Shown: in pieces, positions 49,311-63,373 of the stretch
Position numbering within the stretch: position 1 is the stretch's first letter
Layout of the letters: the number at the start of each line of letters is the position of its first letter
Assembly (NCBI GenBank): GCA_973895155.1
Contig: OZ316892.1
Coordinates: forward strand, 29,890,932 to 29,954,931
Direction: 5' to 3'
Length of the DNA stretch: 64,000 nt
Source: Marsupella aquatica
Lineage: Eukaryota; Plantae; Marchantiophyta
Notes under the pieces: model-generated
Database searches by the model: none
What the model was told of the DNA's origin: nothing
The model's input: only the letters and a program-made list of their open reading frames with translations
Program-made: the position numbers and the translations under genes

Positions 49311-51381
49311 GTCTCACTGGTTCCTATGACGTAGAGGACCACGACGACTGTAGAGCGACTGCTTGCCACTTCCCGCCATCGTTCGGGTTCCCACTTCCCG
49401 CCAAAAGTTTAGCCTGAAATTTAAGAAAAAACTGCCAAATTTTCCAGAGTCTGGAAATTGAGTTCTTCCCCTTTCTCAGTGAGCATACCCTCGCGAAAAA
49501 TCAATTCCAGGTTCAGGAGAAACCCAAAGTTTTCTAATTCCATTATGTCCACCTTGGTTAGTGTTGAAACATGGAAAGGGCCATTGAATTTCAGGATATC
49601 TCATTGATGTCTAAAGTTTTTGTGGAGTTAAGATGACTGAGTTTGCATGCCATCTAATGCAATAGTTTTTACAGTTCATTTAGAGATTCTTGTATATATA
49701 GAGACTTTTGAGGATATAGGTGGATATAGCTGTTTTGAAAATATAGCTGGATATAGCTGGCCCCTTCTAAGACACACCTATTTAAACTTATTCACAATAA
49801 AGTATAATTTATGCAACACAAGCTATCATATCTTATTCGAGATTATTGAAACAATAATTATAAAAAAGTGAAGACATGTACCCGTACTCTATGGGTCAAA
49901 CAAGTACACTAAGTTGAATGTACAAGTGAGTGTACAGGTGTCACTTATCACCAAATTGAGATAAAAATATGTAACAAAAAATTGTGATAAGACAAGATAA
50001 CCAAAGTGTGTCCACCATATAGCAGCATCAAAACAATATAGAGACTTTGAGGACAATCCATGTCACCTATTCATGTTTATTCGTTTGATATTTCACATCA
50101 ATGGTAGAAATTGAACTGTGCTCCTTCTATATAACATCAATTTCTTGAGTGCAAGGTACTGCTCTCTACATAGGGCATTTTGGCTTCCCATCTCTATTTC
50201 TCAGAGCTCTCACCACTATACTGTAATTTCTTTGTGAGGGTGTGGTCTCCAGAACTACAGTGGGTGAGAGCTTTTTGAATTGTGTTTAGTGGGACCTTTC
50301 TTCATGGCTCCAATGTCTGGTTGTAGGCAGTATCGGTCCCGTCCTGCAACTCTTACCTAAGTACTATTGGTCGTCCACAACTTTATGTAATGGAGGTGCC
50401 AACCCTACCAGTGAAGTAGTTAAAAGTTTTGAATCTTGTGAAGCTTCTTTCCACTTTCTGTGGACTTGTGGAGTAGTCATTTGTCGAGTACTTTCCTCTC
50501 TAGTTGGAAATCCCTAGGTTCTTGCTTGATCTTCAGATATTTCTCACACTTGGTGGTTGCCCCATAGAATCACAGGTCCAGGATTCAGTTTCAGGACACT
50601 TTTTGTGAGCCACCTTCTACGTGTGTTGCTCTTTTTTGTGTCTGGTTGTTTTCTTTTTACACTATGGCTCTGGTTATTTTTGTTGATTTGGCAAATGTAG
50701 GACCTCAAGGTCCAAGACTCAACTGTGGGACAGCTTCTTTAAGCCACCTTGTGAGTTATTAATTTATGTGTCTAGTTGTTTTTTGTTTGGCTTGGTGGTA
50801 TGAAATTGCTTACGCTACATGTGCCTCTTTGTTTTCTATGATATTTTGCAAATGTAAAGCCCGGGTGTCTAGGACTCAACCATGGGATATCCTTTGTTAG
50901 TCACCTTACAAGTTATTCATTTTTATGTCTAACTCTTTTCCATGCATGCTTCGGTTGCCTTATGTGAGCCTTGTTGTTATTAATGATGATCTAACAAATG
51001 TAGGGCTTGGAGGTCCATGATTTAGTTGCAGGACATTTTTGTGAACCATGTTTTTAGTTTGAGTATTCAGAACAAACTTTCTAGGAGACAGATGTTGTTA
51101 AGAACATGTAAACAGAGTTCTTAGTTTGCTATGCATTGTCACTTCGTACTAAACGCCTCATAGCTGAAAAGATCCTTTTTCACATTAGCTAGTTTATCGA
51201 CACTAATTGATATTGCACGCTTGTCCCAACCGGTACTGTAATTTGACGAAGTTTGAAGAGACGGTGCCCTCGCAGTCACCACACAAAATCCAGGTTGCCA
51301 AGAGAACTAAAGCCGCAACAACCATCGATTGGAAATGCAAGAAAACTTAGTAACAGTCAGACTTAGATTAGTTCCATGCAA

Positions 51382-51621
51382 AAGATTTCTCACCAAGGAC
51401 ACAACAGACAAATGCTACATTCGAGCAGCAGTCAATACTCGGGAGAGTAGTTAAATGAATATATAATTACAGTAAATAGGAAACTGAACTGGCCGACATT
51501 ATAAGATTTCACACCAAGTACACAGCAGCCAAATGCTGCATTCGAGCAGAAGTCAATACTCAGGAGAGTAGTTAAATGAATATATAATTACAGACTGAGC
51601 AGTAGAACTGAACTGGCCAAC
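51382..51621. repeat. ~121-bp tandem duplication downstream of the TRFL gene
   Basis: aagatttc.caccaag...cattcgagcag.agtcaatactc.ggagagtagttaaatgaatatataattacag...actgaactggcc at 51382 and 51503. Confidence 0.9.
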
Positions 51622-52273
51622 TTGACTTCTCAAATCGATGCGGTGCCACTAACCCTTACAACCAACCTTGATTGGACATTGCAGGGCTACACGCAGGTTA
51701 CAAATGCGCCCTGGATCCGAACTTGTGATTGTGTCCCTGACGAGCACCCTAAGCGAATGACTTGCTGCTTTGAAGAATTGAGCTTCCTGACCATAATGCA
51801 GAATTGGGGACCAGCTGTTTCAACACGAAAGCAAGACTCTTTTAGCAGTTCACTCCGCAGTACTTAAGCTTTATGGTCCCTGGTTTTGACATGCTGTAAT
51901 TCAGCTTTGGTCCAAGGAACTCAACTGCTCTTCCAAGTCTCTGACGAAAAGATGTAATAGAGAACACTCGTCACAAACACTCCCCAGCACTCGTCACAAA
52001 CACTCCCGACCTGCAGGTAATAACCAATCAACGTTGAATGAGTTGACGCACAAATTTGGACGAGCCTAACTTGACAGACAGAAGCCCATACAGCCAACAA
52101 CATATCGTGCCTTTATTTTCAAGTTGCTGTCGAAGACCCCCTTGATTATGAAGTCTTTCCCTGGGTACAAAGCCATTGCAAACTACAGAAGAGGAAGTGC
52201 ACCGAGTTACATTCTAAATTGACATGTAAGTGGTAGGTCTCGTACCCAGCACATAGGAATATGTCTTCTTCCT

Positions 52274-55200
52274 TCAATCTCTTATCCCTTCAAACCTTTC
52301 AAGATTCCGCCACTTGTCTTTAAGATCAACCTGTGCAATTGAACAGACGAGGGAAGTAATGAACACAGGAAATCTCGAACAAGGCATGCAGTGAAGCCTT
52401 TCCAAATTTTGAGGATGCTGGTACTACAAACGACCCATGAGATCCAGATATAATCTGCTCTATCTTGTTCTTTCAGCAAAGCATTCAAGAGATGTGAATT
52501 ATTCTCACGACACCGCTCTAACCCCCTCTTCCGCATCGAGCTCTTTCTCTGTATTCCCCTACAGATTGAAGGAAGATCTCCCAGTTTTTCCCCCTGCAAA
52601 GCAATGATGTAAACTTCATAAACATGCAACAGCTACCTCCGTACGACCGTGAAAAGTGTCGACGTTCTTCTGCAGAATTAACTTCCATCGCCCCTTTCCG
52701 TGCCTGCAAGTACCAATCATTACAGCGTCAATGAGAAACTAATACAGAGCATCAATCACTGGCATCACCACGAGCCAAATAATCGAGTGAACAATGCTAG
52801 AATATACTTTAATGAGAAACTAATTTAGCAGACCTTTCAAGTGGATTATAACGGGCCCAACTGCCGTAAAGAACGTGAGGATCACGGTGTTGACATTACT
52901 ATGCATTCGACTTTGAGAACTTTGTTTATAATACCATTTGAAATGGAGCTAGCAATTCTTCACATGGTAAGGATACTCACTTGCTCACTTCCCTTTTAAG
53001 GCTCTCTACTTCTTTCTCGGACCATCTCCGGGGTATTCTGCGGGCATGTTTTGCATTCATGATCCCACTTGCCTTTGAACCAACTAACGGTGAGATCTTT
53101 CTTTCTGCAGTCGGACGGGGCAATCGTACATGTCTAGATGCTGAAGGAGAACTAGATGGACTGTCTTCTATGTCGTCGTCGTCTTCCCACTGCAAAGACA
53201 CCAAAAACTGTCACCGGAGAGTAATGTGCACTATATACATTGCATTTAAACAGACTAGTGTTAAATGACATGTAGCAATTCTTATACGTGAGCGAAAATT
53301 AACCTGAACCAGCCTCAAATATGCACACGAGAGCAAGAGTGGAAGAAACGCATTGTCCATCCACCTCTACAGTGCGAGCTGTAGGATTACGCTCCAGTAG
53401 ACTGCCTTTGGATCGAGATGTGGTTAATATCTTGGGAAGGGGGTCCTTGACAACTGCATCAAGTACTCGTTGTTTCCTCCTCAAGTTTCGTTGGGTTGAC
53501 ACAGTTTCGGGGCTTTGATTGCTACAAGTTGTTGGAGCCGGAGCCGCAGCTTCAGCACTCCTGCATTCTTCGTTACGAGTGGCAGCGTCTGCCTCGTCTT
53601 GGATTGACCCGTGCCTTCTCTTTCTTCTCATGCTCGGGGCGACCCCCTCTGCGCCAGGAACTGCTGGCGATCCTTCTACTGCCACCAAACCTCAGTAGTT
53701 TAGAGACAAACTGGTAAATTGGTGCAAAGACTAGCAAAGAATGCAACAGCTATTTGAGAGATGATCGAGTCCGAAATGAAGTGGTCTTGAATTAAGGATG
53801 TTCCAGCATATACCCCATGGAGGGAGGCTGAAGCAGGCAGACGGGTTTGAATCCGTAACTTTCGGAGAAGATTGAGGAACAATATTTTCTTTGTTGGCCA
53901 ACTCGTGGGGACTTCCTGGTTCAGCATCCCGCAAATCTGTGTTCTCTGGACTGCCGGCTTCCTTCGTCCTTTTCTCGTCATCAGTAGTTGATGTTTCTTT
54001 TTCTTCGGAAAGGTCAAGCAGAGTGGAATCTCCTACGGCCTTGTCCTTTATCCTTTGCTCATCGTCAGTAGTTGACATTTCTTTGTCTTCGAAAAGTTCA
54101 ATCACATTAGAGTCCCCTGGGGCATTAGCCCGGTCTGGACTCTCTCCGGTAACGTTCACATCACCCCCTCCGCCATTAACAGTCTCAGTACCGTTTGTTT
54201 GGTGCAATAGATGTTCCGCTTCAGTGGCCTCTATATCTGCTCTCACATAGTCTTCTTTTTCTTGACACGGCTGCTGTGCATCCTCAACTTCTCGACAATT
54301 GGGGTATTCAAATTCTAAGACACGAGCTACACTCCCATCAAATCTTAGAGACTTGCCATTGATCTCAAGCCCTCCCTCAGTTGAAAGGGATGGCCTGACT
54401 TCGCCACCCTCCAACGTCTTATTTTTCAGATTGACTCCATCTTCATCTCCACGATCTCGATCGGGTTCGCTAGGTCCTCCTCCTGCTTCCTCCGCTCGTT
54501 TTTCCTCGCCATCTCCAGCCCTATGATCGTTGGGCAGCTTTGCAGTGGCTCCGCCAGTTTCATCACCATCGTCCAGATCCCAAACTGCAAAGCTTTTCTG
54601 TAACTTTTCACGGCTCCGTGAGTATCGACCCCGTGAGGCTCTTATCCAGGGTTTTTCGCTTGTAATCTTACTTTCCTGACCTGCATCTCCATCCACCGAT
54701 GGACTTCCTACCTTCTTCGATCGTAGGCCGTTACAATTCACCGGGTTATACTTCCCACTTATCACGTCGGCGCTTACTCTTTCTAAAAACGTTTGGCCGG
54801 TGGCGGCCCACGCTTTTTCCAAATAAAATTTAAGCAAATTCTCTACTCTCGCCTTTGTGTATTTGTGTGCGACACCGTCCAGTAGCTCAGGATTTCTCCG
54901 CACCATCCCCAGCTCAATTTTGATTTGGTCCCTTACTCTCGCTATTCCTGGAATACTAGCCCCATGCCAACCTTCCGAATCGTCTGAAGAATCCCCCCAA
55001 TACTTAGCTACTGCGGATTCAAACGATTTCCTATCAGGAGATTTCCCTCTCAAATGCTTGACAGCCAACTCCAACATTACTGCCAACTCGAGATCGCAGT
55101 GCTTTCGACATTGGTCGGGACTGAAAAACTGGGTCCCTGGAAGATCCCCGGTCACATCCGGAGTTCCAGCACTACCAACATCTCCCATTTCCGTTCCTTT

Positions 55201-55764
55201 GCTCAGATTTTCCAGAACTGGGTCTCCTCCGCCCAAACTCCTCGGAAGTGCCCTCCCTTTCATCCAGTCTCTAATTCCAACAACCGTCTGTGCCGACATT
55301 GGCCTCCCGTTTGTCAAATCTGTAATTCCAACAGCCGCCTCTGCAGGGACAGCGTCCTTACTGATTTCCCTACGTTGCTCCAAGTTTCGGGGTGTCACAC
55401 TCCCGTCCTTCATTTGAGGGGTGGAAGAGTTGGTTCCTTCGTTATCATAGCTTTCGTACTCCGAAACCTTTCGCCTTTTCGACACATCCTGACAGCTAGA
55501 ATTCCCTGCAAGTCTTTCCCTTCTTGTCACTGCTGAAACCCTTCCGAGGTACCCGAGCCCGCTCAGTATGTCTAACGTGAGTTCATCGATCATCCCCGCT
55601 GAAACTTGCAACGAAAGTGACCTTAACAAGAGCATTCTTTTAAGGTCCAAGTTCTCGTCCGGGAACGGGAAGGCGTTCATTAACTCCTGAATCATTCGTG
55701 CATCGCTGCAATTCTTTAGGAAAAACTCCCAAATCCATTCTATCTGTTTCACGTCCACAGACAT
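52274..55764 (-). CDS. TRF-like (TRFL) C-terminal telobox Myb/SANT protein, 5 coding exons, ~865 aa
   Basis: Exons 55764-53814, 53678-53365, 53189-52981, 52703-52637 and 52330-52274 join in frame (2598 nt). C-terminus RRWSEKEVESLKREVSKHGKGRWKLILQ...GRTEVDLKDKWRNL contains the telobox LKDKWRN. SLLERNPTARTVEW and the N-terminal WIWEFFL resemble TRFL family-2 proteins. The exon 1/2 junction is the least certain. Confidence 0.88.
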
Positions 55765-57188
55765 CCTCCTCCTCCTCTTGCTTCCTGTCTCGCTAATTTC
55801 CCCCTGCTAACAGAGAATATGAGTTATTCAACAACGAACAAACAAAGAGTTTGGACGTGGAGCAAGGCACAGTGGCAAAACATCGACTCCCTCTCTCTCC
55901 GGCTAATGAGGACCAGTCCTTCGTGCATTGTTTTGACGAGTCTCATCAAAGAGATAGAGACAGAGGACACTTGTAATTCTGGAAGCTTTCACTCGTTGTA
56001 GAGCACTTGCTATGGACCTCTTATGGTTTACTTTCCGCTGCTTAAAGCACTCTGGCTGTGATGTGCTATCTGTCCCGCGCCTCTTGTTTGTGTGTGAGCG
56101 GAGTTCTAAATTCCACTATTCATTTCTTGTCCCAGTGTAGTTTCTCTTGCACATTATCTTTATCCTACCATTGTCGAAACTTCTCTGGCCGTTTTGTAAT
56201 GTCTGTCCTGTAATGTCTGTCCTGTAATGTCTGTCCTTGCCCTATTTGGAATACCGTGGACTTCAAAATCAACTCAATTCCATTCCCTCTGCCACACAAA
56301 CACTCCTCCACACATACACGATATAGAATTCACATATCTCAGAAGAGGGAACGGTTAACACGTCTTACGAGTCCAAATTAGGACACGTCTATCCGTTTCC
56401 CGTTTCGAGGTTCCGCGGACTACAATCAACGCAAGTACGATATCGAACTGACAGATCTCAGGAGAGGAGAGGATAGCATTTACCGCGAGACCAAATCTGG
56501 ACCAACTCTGTACGAAAATCTGCAGAAACAGAAGCAGAAGGCATAAAACAATAAAATCTACGCACCGTTTCCGATTTCAGCAATTCTCTGGAGAAACGCA
56601 CAGCAATTCCAGAAGAGAGTGCAGGAACTGAATCTGTAAGTCCGTGCGCGCGGACCAGGGCAGGAGAGGAGGGCAGGGCCGAGCCGTTCCAAAGCCTCGT
56701 TCTCGTTCTCGTCGTCGTCGTCGTCCTTCTTCCTCGTCCTCTGAGCTGCTCAAGCCTCGAGAAAAATCAGGTGCGCCACAGTAGGGAGAGACTACAGTCG
56801 AACAATTTTCGAGAACCACAACGACAACAAATCCGCTTCGCCATCGCATTTCCGGAGTATGACTTCCATCGATTGAAGTGTCTGCCATTGAAGTGTCCGC
56901 CAGTGCCGAGGACTGGTGCTCGTCTGCGCCTTTGGGCGATGCTGAAACCATAAACTCTTGAACGCGCGGGCTTTTTCCAAATTCATGCACAAGGCAGCGA
57001 CGGTCAGCCGACGGCCGTCGTACGACCACCAGCCCTTGGCACTCTCGGACATTTACTTACCTTTCTTTGCTCTTCTTTGCTCTTCTTCAATCCCTAGGAC
57101 CCTTTCTATCCATTATTTGTTGTGGAGATATTTGGGGCGCTACATCCATTCTTTAACGGTTTTCTATGCTCTTGGGCAGTTATGTAAA

Positions 57189-57480
57189 GGCCCTATCCCT
57201 AGTGTCTGTCATCATCATATTCTTTAGATAGAGGGTGTCCCTTGTCCTTCTATGGGCACAAGTATTCACTAGTTCAGTACCTCGAGTAGAGACCCTATCC
57301 CCAGTGTCTATCATCATCGTATTCTTTAGAATAGAGGGTGTCAATTGCGCTTCAGCGGGCACAAGCATTCACTAGTTCAGTAAGTTGAGTAGAGGCCCTA
57401 TCCCCCAATGTGTGTCATCATCATATTCTTTAGACAGATGGTGTCCGATGCGCTTCAACGGGCACAAACATTCACTATTC
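57189..57480. repeat. ~102-bp tandem repeat, 3 diverged copies
   Basis: ccctatccc...gtcatcatc.tattctttaga..ga.ggtgtc...gggcacaa..attcacta at 57191, 57293 and 57396. Confidence 0.88.
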
Positions 57481-60400
57481 TTCGTAGGGGGGAGGCTGTT
57501 AATCTTATGGCCTCTAGTAGGATTCCTTTACTTGACCCTGCCATGCAATTCACACCGGAGCTACACCGGAGCTACACCAGGCTCTTCAGTTTGCTGATCG
57601 GTAGGCTTTGGGGTCCTGGTTTTTGGGTTTGCGGTAGTTCTTTGTTTCTTTGATTTCTTGCCTTTCTTGGCCCCTTGGTGGTCCCCCCCTTGATTGGGTC
57701 TTTTGTCTGAGGGATCATGTCTCCCAATTGGCGACCTACATTTTTTGGCAGTTCGATATATATTCTTCCAGGGGAATGTTAAATACATCCCTCTTTACAC
57801 TAAAGGGCCTTGACAAGAGGAATGGGGCACTTTGGACTAATTTTCCATCAAAGCAAAGTGGAGTGCCACTTCTTGTTCTAAAGAGACTTGCCAGAAATAT
57901 ATGTCACCCTGCCAATGAGCACAAAATGGCCAATAAACAAAGAGAGTCTAACTGGAAACAGGATCCCAAAGGCCAAAGACCCAAGAATTGGGACAAATCA
58001 AGGAAAAACCCAGGAAGGCCAAACTAAGAGCCCAAATGTGAGAGTACCCAACAATGCCAAACGAACTAAAGCCCAGATCAGCCACAAACCTAATAGCCTG
58101 GGAAAGCTCTGGAGTTAACCTCATAGGAGGGGCTGAAGAGGAATTTATCTAGAAGCCCTAAAACAAACAGCCTTGCCTACAATAAATCTTTTGAATGAAA
58201 TTCTGTAAATGCAAATCACTCGAATGAAAGAGCCAGAGTTTGAAAACGTTTAGACCACCTAAAATTCTAGATAAAATAAGCACTCCACATGAACATTTAC
58301 TTGGGCCCATTAATTGCCATGTAAGATCACTAGACACCATACATGAATGAGGCCCCAAGTAAGAGTAAAGCTAATAGCAGCTGTTTCCACTCATGAGAGA
58401 GCCCAGTTTTAATAAGGGAATAAACAAGGCAACTGGCCCATAGTCTTGTAAATCAAGTCACCCTGAATTGATCCCATTCAACATTATCCATCCAAGACAT
58501 GAATTTTCAAGCAGTGAGGAGACAGACAATACACATTTTCACAAAGAAAAGTTGTTATTTTATTAAAAAGTGAAGTTTTAGAACTCTATGTATTTTGTTA
58601 AACTTTGTAGTCTATGGCAGTTTAAATTTCCCTTAGTTTGCTACTCCCAAAAATTCTGAGTAATGCTCTAAAATAGTATATGGTATTCAATAAGACAAAA
58701 CAGGTTTGCATAGAACGAGATAGCTATATGTAATCCCATTGCCTTTAGTGCAACACACTCTTTTAAAAATAATGAAACTCCTGTTGACATTTCATTTTCA
58801 AGATAAAAATAAGTCATTATGCACCGTTGAATATTGTTAATGTAAATAAATGACACCTGTCAATTTCCTCTGTTGTAATCATGAACCCTCACCTGGCAAT
58901 CTAAACATCTATTCCTGCAAAGTTTTTGTGACTGTTTTTATTTATTTATGTAGTGAAGGTGGCAGTGCACCAAAATTTATATCAAAGACACTCATGATAA
59001 TAGGAGGAAAGGAGACATCGCAGCAACACGGCATGCCACCCAACAAAACCCCCACGCCAGCAAGAAGTTTGTTTGAGTGTTAGAAGGACCTGTTTACATG
59101 TTTTCAAAGGAATTTATATCATCCCTTCATATTCAGGTTCATTATTTAGAAAAGGAAACACAACCCAAGGGGCCAAAAGAGTAGCAGAAGAGCAGATGTT
59201 GCACATTGCAAAACCCCCAAGCCAACAAGGAGTTTTAATGAGTATTATAAGGATATGTTGGTTTGCAAAGGAATCTAGATATTCCCTTCATATTTGATAA
59301 TTGCAAGTATTTTGGGGACAAAACAAAGAATTTTCAATAAGGAAAAATTATAGTGCAACTTCTAACAAGTGCAAATAGGCAATTAAAATTTCACTTCTTT
59401 AATAGAGTAACTGGTAATTAAAGTTCTTGCAACACACAATTGCCCACATTTTCCTAAGAACAGGTTGTACTTAGTGAGGTATTTGACTGAAAAACCTTCA
59501 GTTTGGATGTCATTATAGAAGTATTCACTTCTAATGGCTTGATTGGTGGAAGATTTGGGCTAATTGCACTCATTGTTAAGTAAGACATCTATACAACGTT
59601 GCACTTGCCATTAAGAGAAATTTTGACTAAAGATTGCAGTAATGGATCCATGCAATACTCTGTGAGAAGTAATACTGGCAGCAATAGAAAACTTTACCAC
59701 TTGCACCATAGCACTTAGCAAAGGTTCATTGCACAATATTTATTCAAAGTTGTGCCACACCAAAACTTTGGGGGTTATCTTAGTGCATATTTTGAACTAC
59801 CACGTGCAATCTTAGCCTAATATGAATACATCTATTTATAAAGTAAATATTCCAAAAAATTCTCTTTGTCAATATTAATGATCTATTTAATTTTATAAAA
59901 AATATATATTATAGAATATTCTATAAATGTAGTTAATAATACCATTTTTGGCCTCCTATGCTTTTTTAAAATTTAGCTAATTTTCTACCAAACTACCTAT
60001 TTTGGATTGCACGTGGTTCCTGTATTTTTTGATAGTCAACCCCCTAAGACCAAAACAAAGGACCCATGTGCCTCCAAGGCAAGAGGCTGGAAACAAAAAG
60101 ACCACCCATAGACACTTGTAGGGTAGAGTCAATATACTAGAGAACTTAGGTCTCACATGTTAGTCTAAGCAAAGCCTCGTGAAGATTGAAAAGGGGACCC
60201 TAGTTACATTGATGCATGGCTGTTTGTTTTTGCCTTTTGCAAGTAGAGATCTCACCCATGGTCCAACTCTCAATTCCCATGCACCTTTTCCCATCTATTC
60301 AAGAGTTTTGGCAGACATGGAAGGTCACCTGGGCTTCAACGTCAAAAAATTGTTGATTGTAAGATTAAAAGTTAAATATAAAGGCAAAAAATAGAGAGGA

Positions 60401-61009
60401 AGCTGGCCCTAGAATGAGTGAGATGATCAAGGTTTTTCTCATACTCTCTGGGCTCTTTTCCCTTTCTTGTACTTGACTGCACTGATCCACTTTTCTAGTC
60501 AAGTGGTTGGGATTTGATTTCATCAAGATGCTAGTCCAATGATTGCCAATGGTAAGTGATGTTGAACAAAATTGTTGTCAATCATAAATTAGATGGCCAC
60601 TTTGTCAGATGCTGCAAGGGGCTCAGAGAGTAGATCCACAACTGGATTTCAAGGAATGTGCAAGCTTGAGGGTTCAAGGAATATGGATTTGAAATAATGT
60701 GCAAGCTTGGGAGACAGTGAAGGGTTACACTAGAAAAGGTGCATACAAAGGTGAACAATGGCACCTTTACTTTTAAACGGCCTCCACAAGATTAGAGGAG
60801 GACAAAACTCTGCTCATGCCACCAATTGAATACAATTTAATAAAATTGAATGTAATTTAACCGAACTCAATGGAATTCATACCTTGGCCTTCAAAGAGTG
60901 AGGGGGTGCTCACACGGGTCAAGGGTCAAGTCTGAATTGAAATTCACTCAGAGCCTGCAGTGTTTTAGTTACAGATTCCGCTGGGCATGCAAGGTCCGTA
61001 GTGTATCCG

Positions 61010-61260
61010 TTTTTAACTTTCTTGACAATATAATTTAGTTGTTATATCCACAAGATTAGAGGAGGACAAAATAATGTACTTTTTAACTTTCTTGACACAT
61101 AATTTAGTTGTTATATCCACAAGATTAGAGGAGGACAAAATAATGTACTTTTAAACTTTCTTGACAACATCATTTTAGTTGTTATATCCACAAGATTAGA
61201 GGAGGAAAAAATAATGAAATTTAATTTTAACTTTCTTGACAACATAATTCAGTTATTATT
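61010..61260. repeat. ~70-bp tandem repeat, ~3.5 copies, with a detached partial unit at ~60784
   Basis: ccacaagattagaggaggacaaaa at 60784, 61048, 61117 and 61188. Confidence 0.9.
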
Positions 61261-62323
61261 TTAGTGACCGGGATGCACTAGGTTTTGTTTGGAGGACACT
61301 GGGAGTTTAAGAAAAATTGTGGTTATAATCGAAGACGAGGGAGACATTTCTCTGAGAAAAAAAGAGCAATTGTGTATTATAGTATTCAGATATCTCCCAG
61401 ATGGTTATATCAAAGTTGGCTCCTTCACCAATTTGTGCACCGAGTGAGCAGCTGGAAGACAATTCATGTCTGGTGGTCGAGACCTAATCCACAAGCAAGA
61501 GGAGAAAGGAAAGGAAAGATTGGCAACAACAAAGCAGCACAGTTCAGGACTGATGATTGACATGTAGTCCACAAGCAAGAGAAGGAAAAGAGGAGTACAG
61601 TACAAGTATGTTATGAGAGAAATCTAATGGTTTTGAGAATAAATATGGTCTGAAAAAAACCTGATCATTGATGGGAGGGAGAAAGAGGAAGAGGAGAGGA
61701 TCAAAGGATGAGTACAATTTGAGAGAACGTGAAGCACTGTATATGTAGCTTACGTTCTGAGGTGGAACTTGACGATGCACTTATCACCTCACTTGCTAAA
61801 TCATTTGTAGGACAGGACTATTGAAGTACATATAGAGAAAATCCCAGACATTTTTGTAGAAGATTATAGCCATTAGGACAACATCACCAAGTTTCAGCTC
61901 CCTAAACGATAAAGGGAGTTGTAACCGTGGCAATAGGGTAGATAATAAAGGAGACAGAGGCATGTGCTCAAATACACATTGTAACAACCACTTTGTTTAG
62001 AGACTTGCCTCATGTTGAGCCCTTACTGTAGTCATCATGTGTATTAACAATCAAAGCATGGCATTTAGGCTCAGCCGCTCAAGCAACAATGAGACCAAAC
62101 GTGGGTGGGATCCTGGTATAAGCCTTTCCAAGGGGATAACCAGAAAAAATAAAATCTAGACTATCTTATGAACTTCACGCACAATATGTGTATGACCTTA
62201 ATAGAGACAACACAATGAGAGTAGCCATCAGATAGCAACACTTGTTCATAACAAACTCCATAAATGTTATGACAGAAAATATTTGACCACCAGAGTACGT
62301 AAATCATAAGACATCCTAATAAA

Positions 62324-62803
62324 TCAAAGATAAAAATAAGGGGAGCTCTCAACATCGTCTTGTTGCCCTGCGATCTTATGAATCACAGTGCAAAAAGCCA
62401 AAAGAATAACTGAGACTCCACCGGCACCAAATGCAGTTGCTACTTGATCAGCTGCTTTTGAGCTCAATGCAAAAGCTAAAGGAAACATCTCTTCTGTCGT
62501 AGTTATACAATCCCCTATGTCAGATGTCATCGCAAAATGGTATACAAATCGTCGTGCAGCCTCAGGATCCCTATGGTGGAGTGCATCCATCTCAAACTCT
62601 CCAATAAAATCAAGAACATCATCAGCCTGACCATGGATGGTAACCCAAGTTGGGTTCACTTGTACAACAAGGATGGGATTGTCATCGGTCACATCCAATT
62701 TGTGAATCAACACTAATAACTGCAATGCAGATAGTTTGAGCAATTGTTCAACCTGCAGCGAGGCATCTTTCGGACTGCACCAGGTCTTCCATTCACATAT
62801 CAT
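62324..62803 (-). CDS. Hypothetical 159-aa ORF (possible exon or TE-derived)
   Basis: ATG-initiated 480-bp ORF with protein-like composition in AT-rich surroundings. No motif recognised. Confidence 0.3.
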   Translation of the reverse strand: MICEWKTWCSPKDASLQVEQLLKLSALQLLVLIHKLDVTDDNPILVVQVNPTWVTIHGQADDVLDFIGEFEMDALHHRDPEAARRFVYHFAMTSDIGDCITTTEEMFPLAFALSSKAADQVATAFGAGGVSVILLAFCTVIHKIAGQQDDVESSPYFYL

Positions 62804-63333
62804 ATTAAAAGTCAGAGTAACACAAACACAATAAAATGACCACCCCTAGACTGTGCCAAAGTAACTAAAACCCACTTAGTTGGCCAAGATAGAAATGCCT
62901 ATTTCAACTGTAGTTCCTATAACCCATACAATTCATACCTTTAAAACAACTGGCAAAAGTTGTTTCTTTGTGGATGGCTGCTTTTCACTATTGACAGCAT
63001 CTTCCTGCATATAACTCATACACAATAATTATAGAGACCAGGCGCCAATGTATTGAAGCTGAGTGGGCCCTCATTAAACCAGAATCAATACCCTCAACGC
63101 TCAAATTTCAAAAGAACAAGCCAAAAGGAAACAAATATGTCAAATTTAAAGATCTGTCACACATCCTCTTGATGTAAAACCTTCCATGCAGGTACCAATC
63201 ACAAAATTATAACAAAAGCCTTCATTTGACACTTGTCCTTGCTTACCTCTAGTAAGATTCTCCGTGGACCTAGTCCCTGGCCCAGTGGCCATTGTGATAC
63301 TACACCAGCACCTTGGGGGCCAGATCCAACAGC

Positions 63334-63373
63334 ACCCTAAACCCACAAAACCCTAAACCCTTAACCCTTAACC
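63334..63373 (+). repeat. Short interstitial telomere-like repeats
   Basis: accctaaacccacaaaaccctaaacccttaacccttaacc: degenerate CCCTAAA units. Confidence 0.5.

Noticed and set aside
53891-55536. Plus-strand ORFs up to 186 aa (also those opposite bZIP, RPL12 and the oxygenase)
   Set aside because: Antisense shadows of real minus-strand coding exons.
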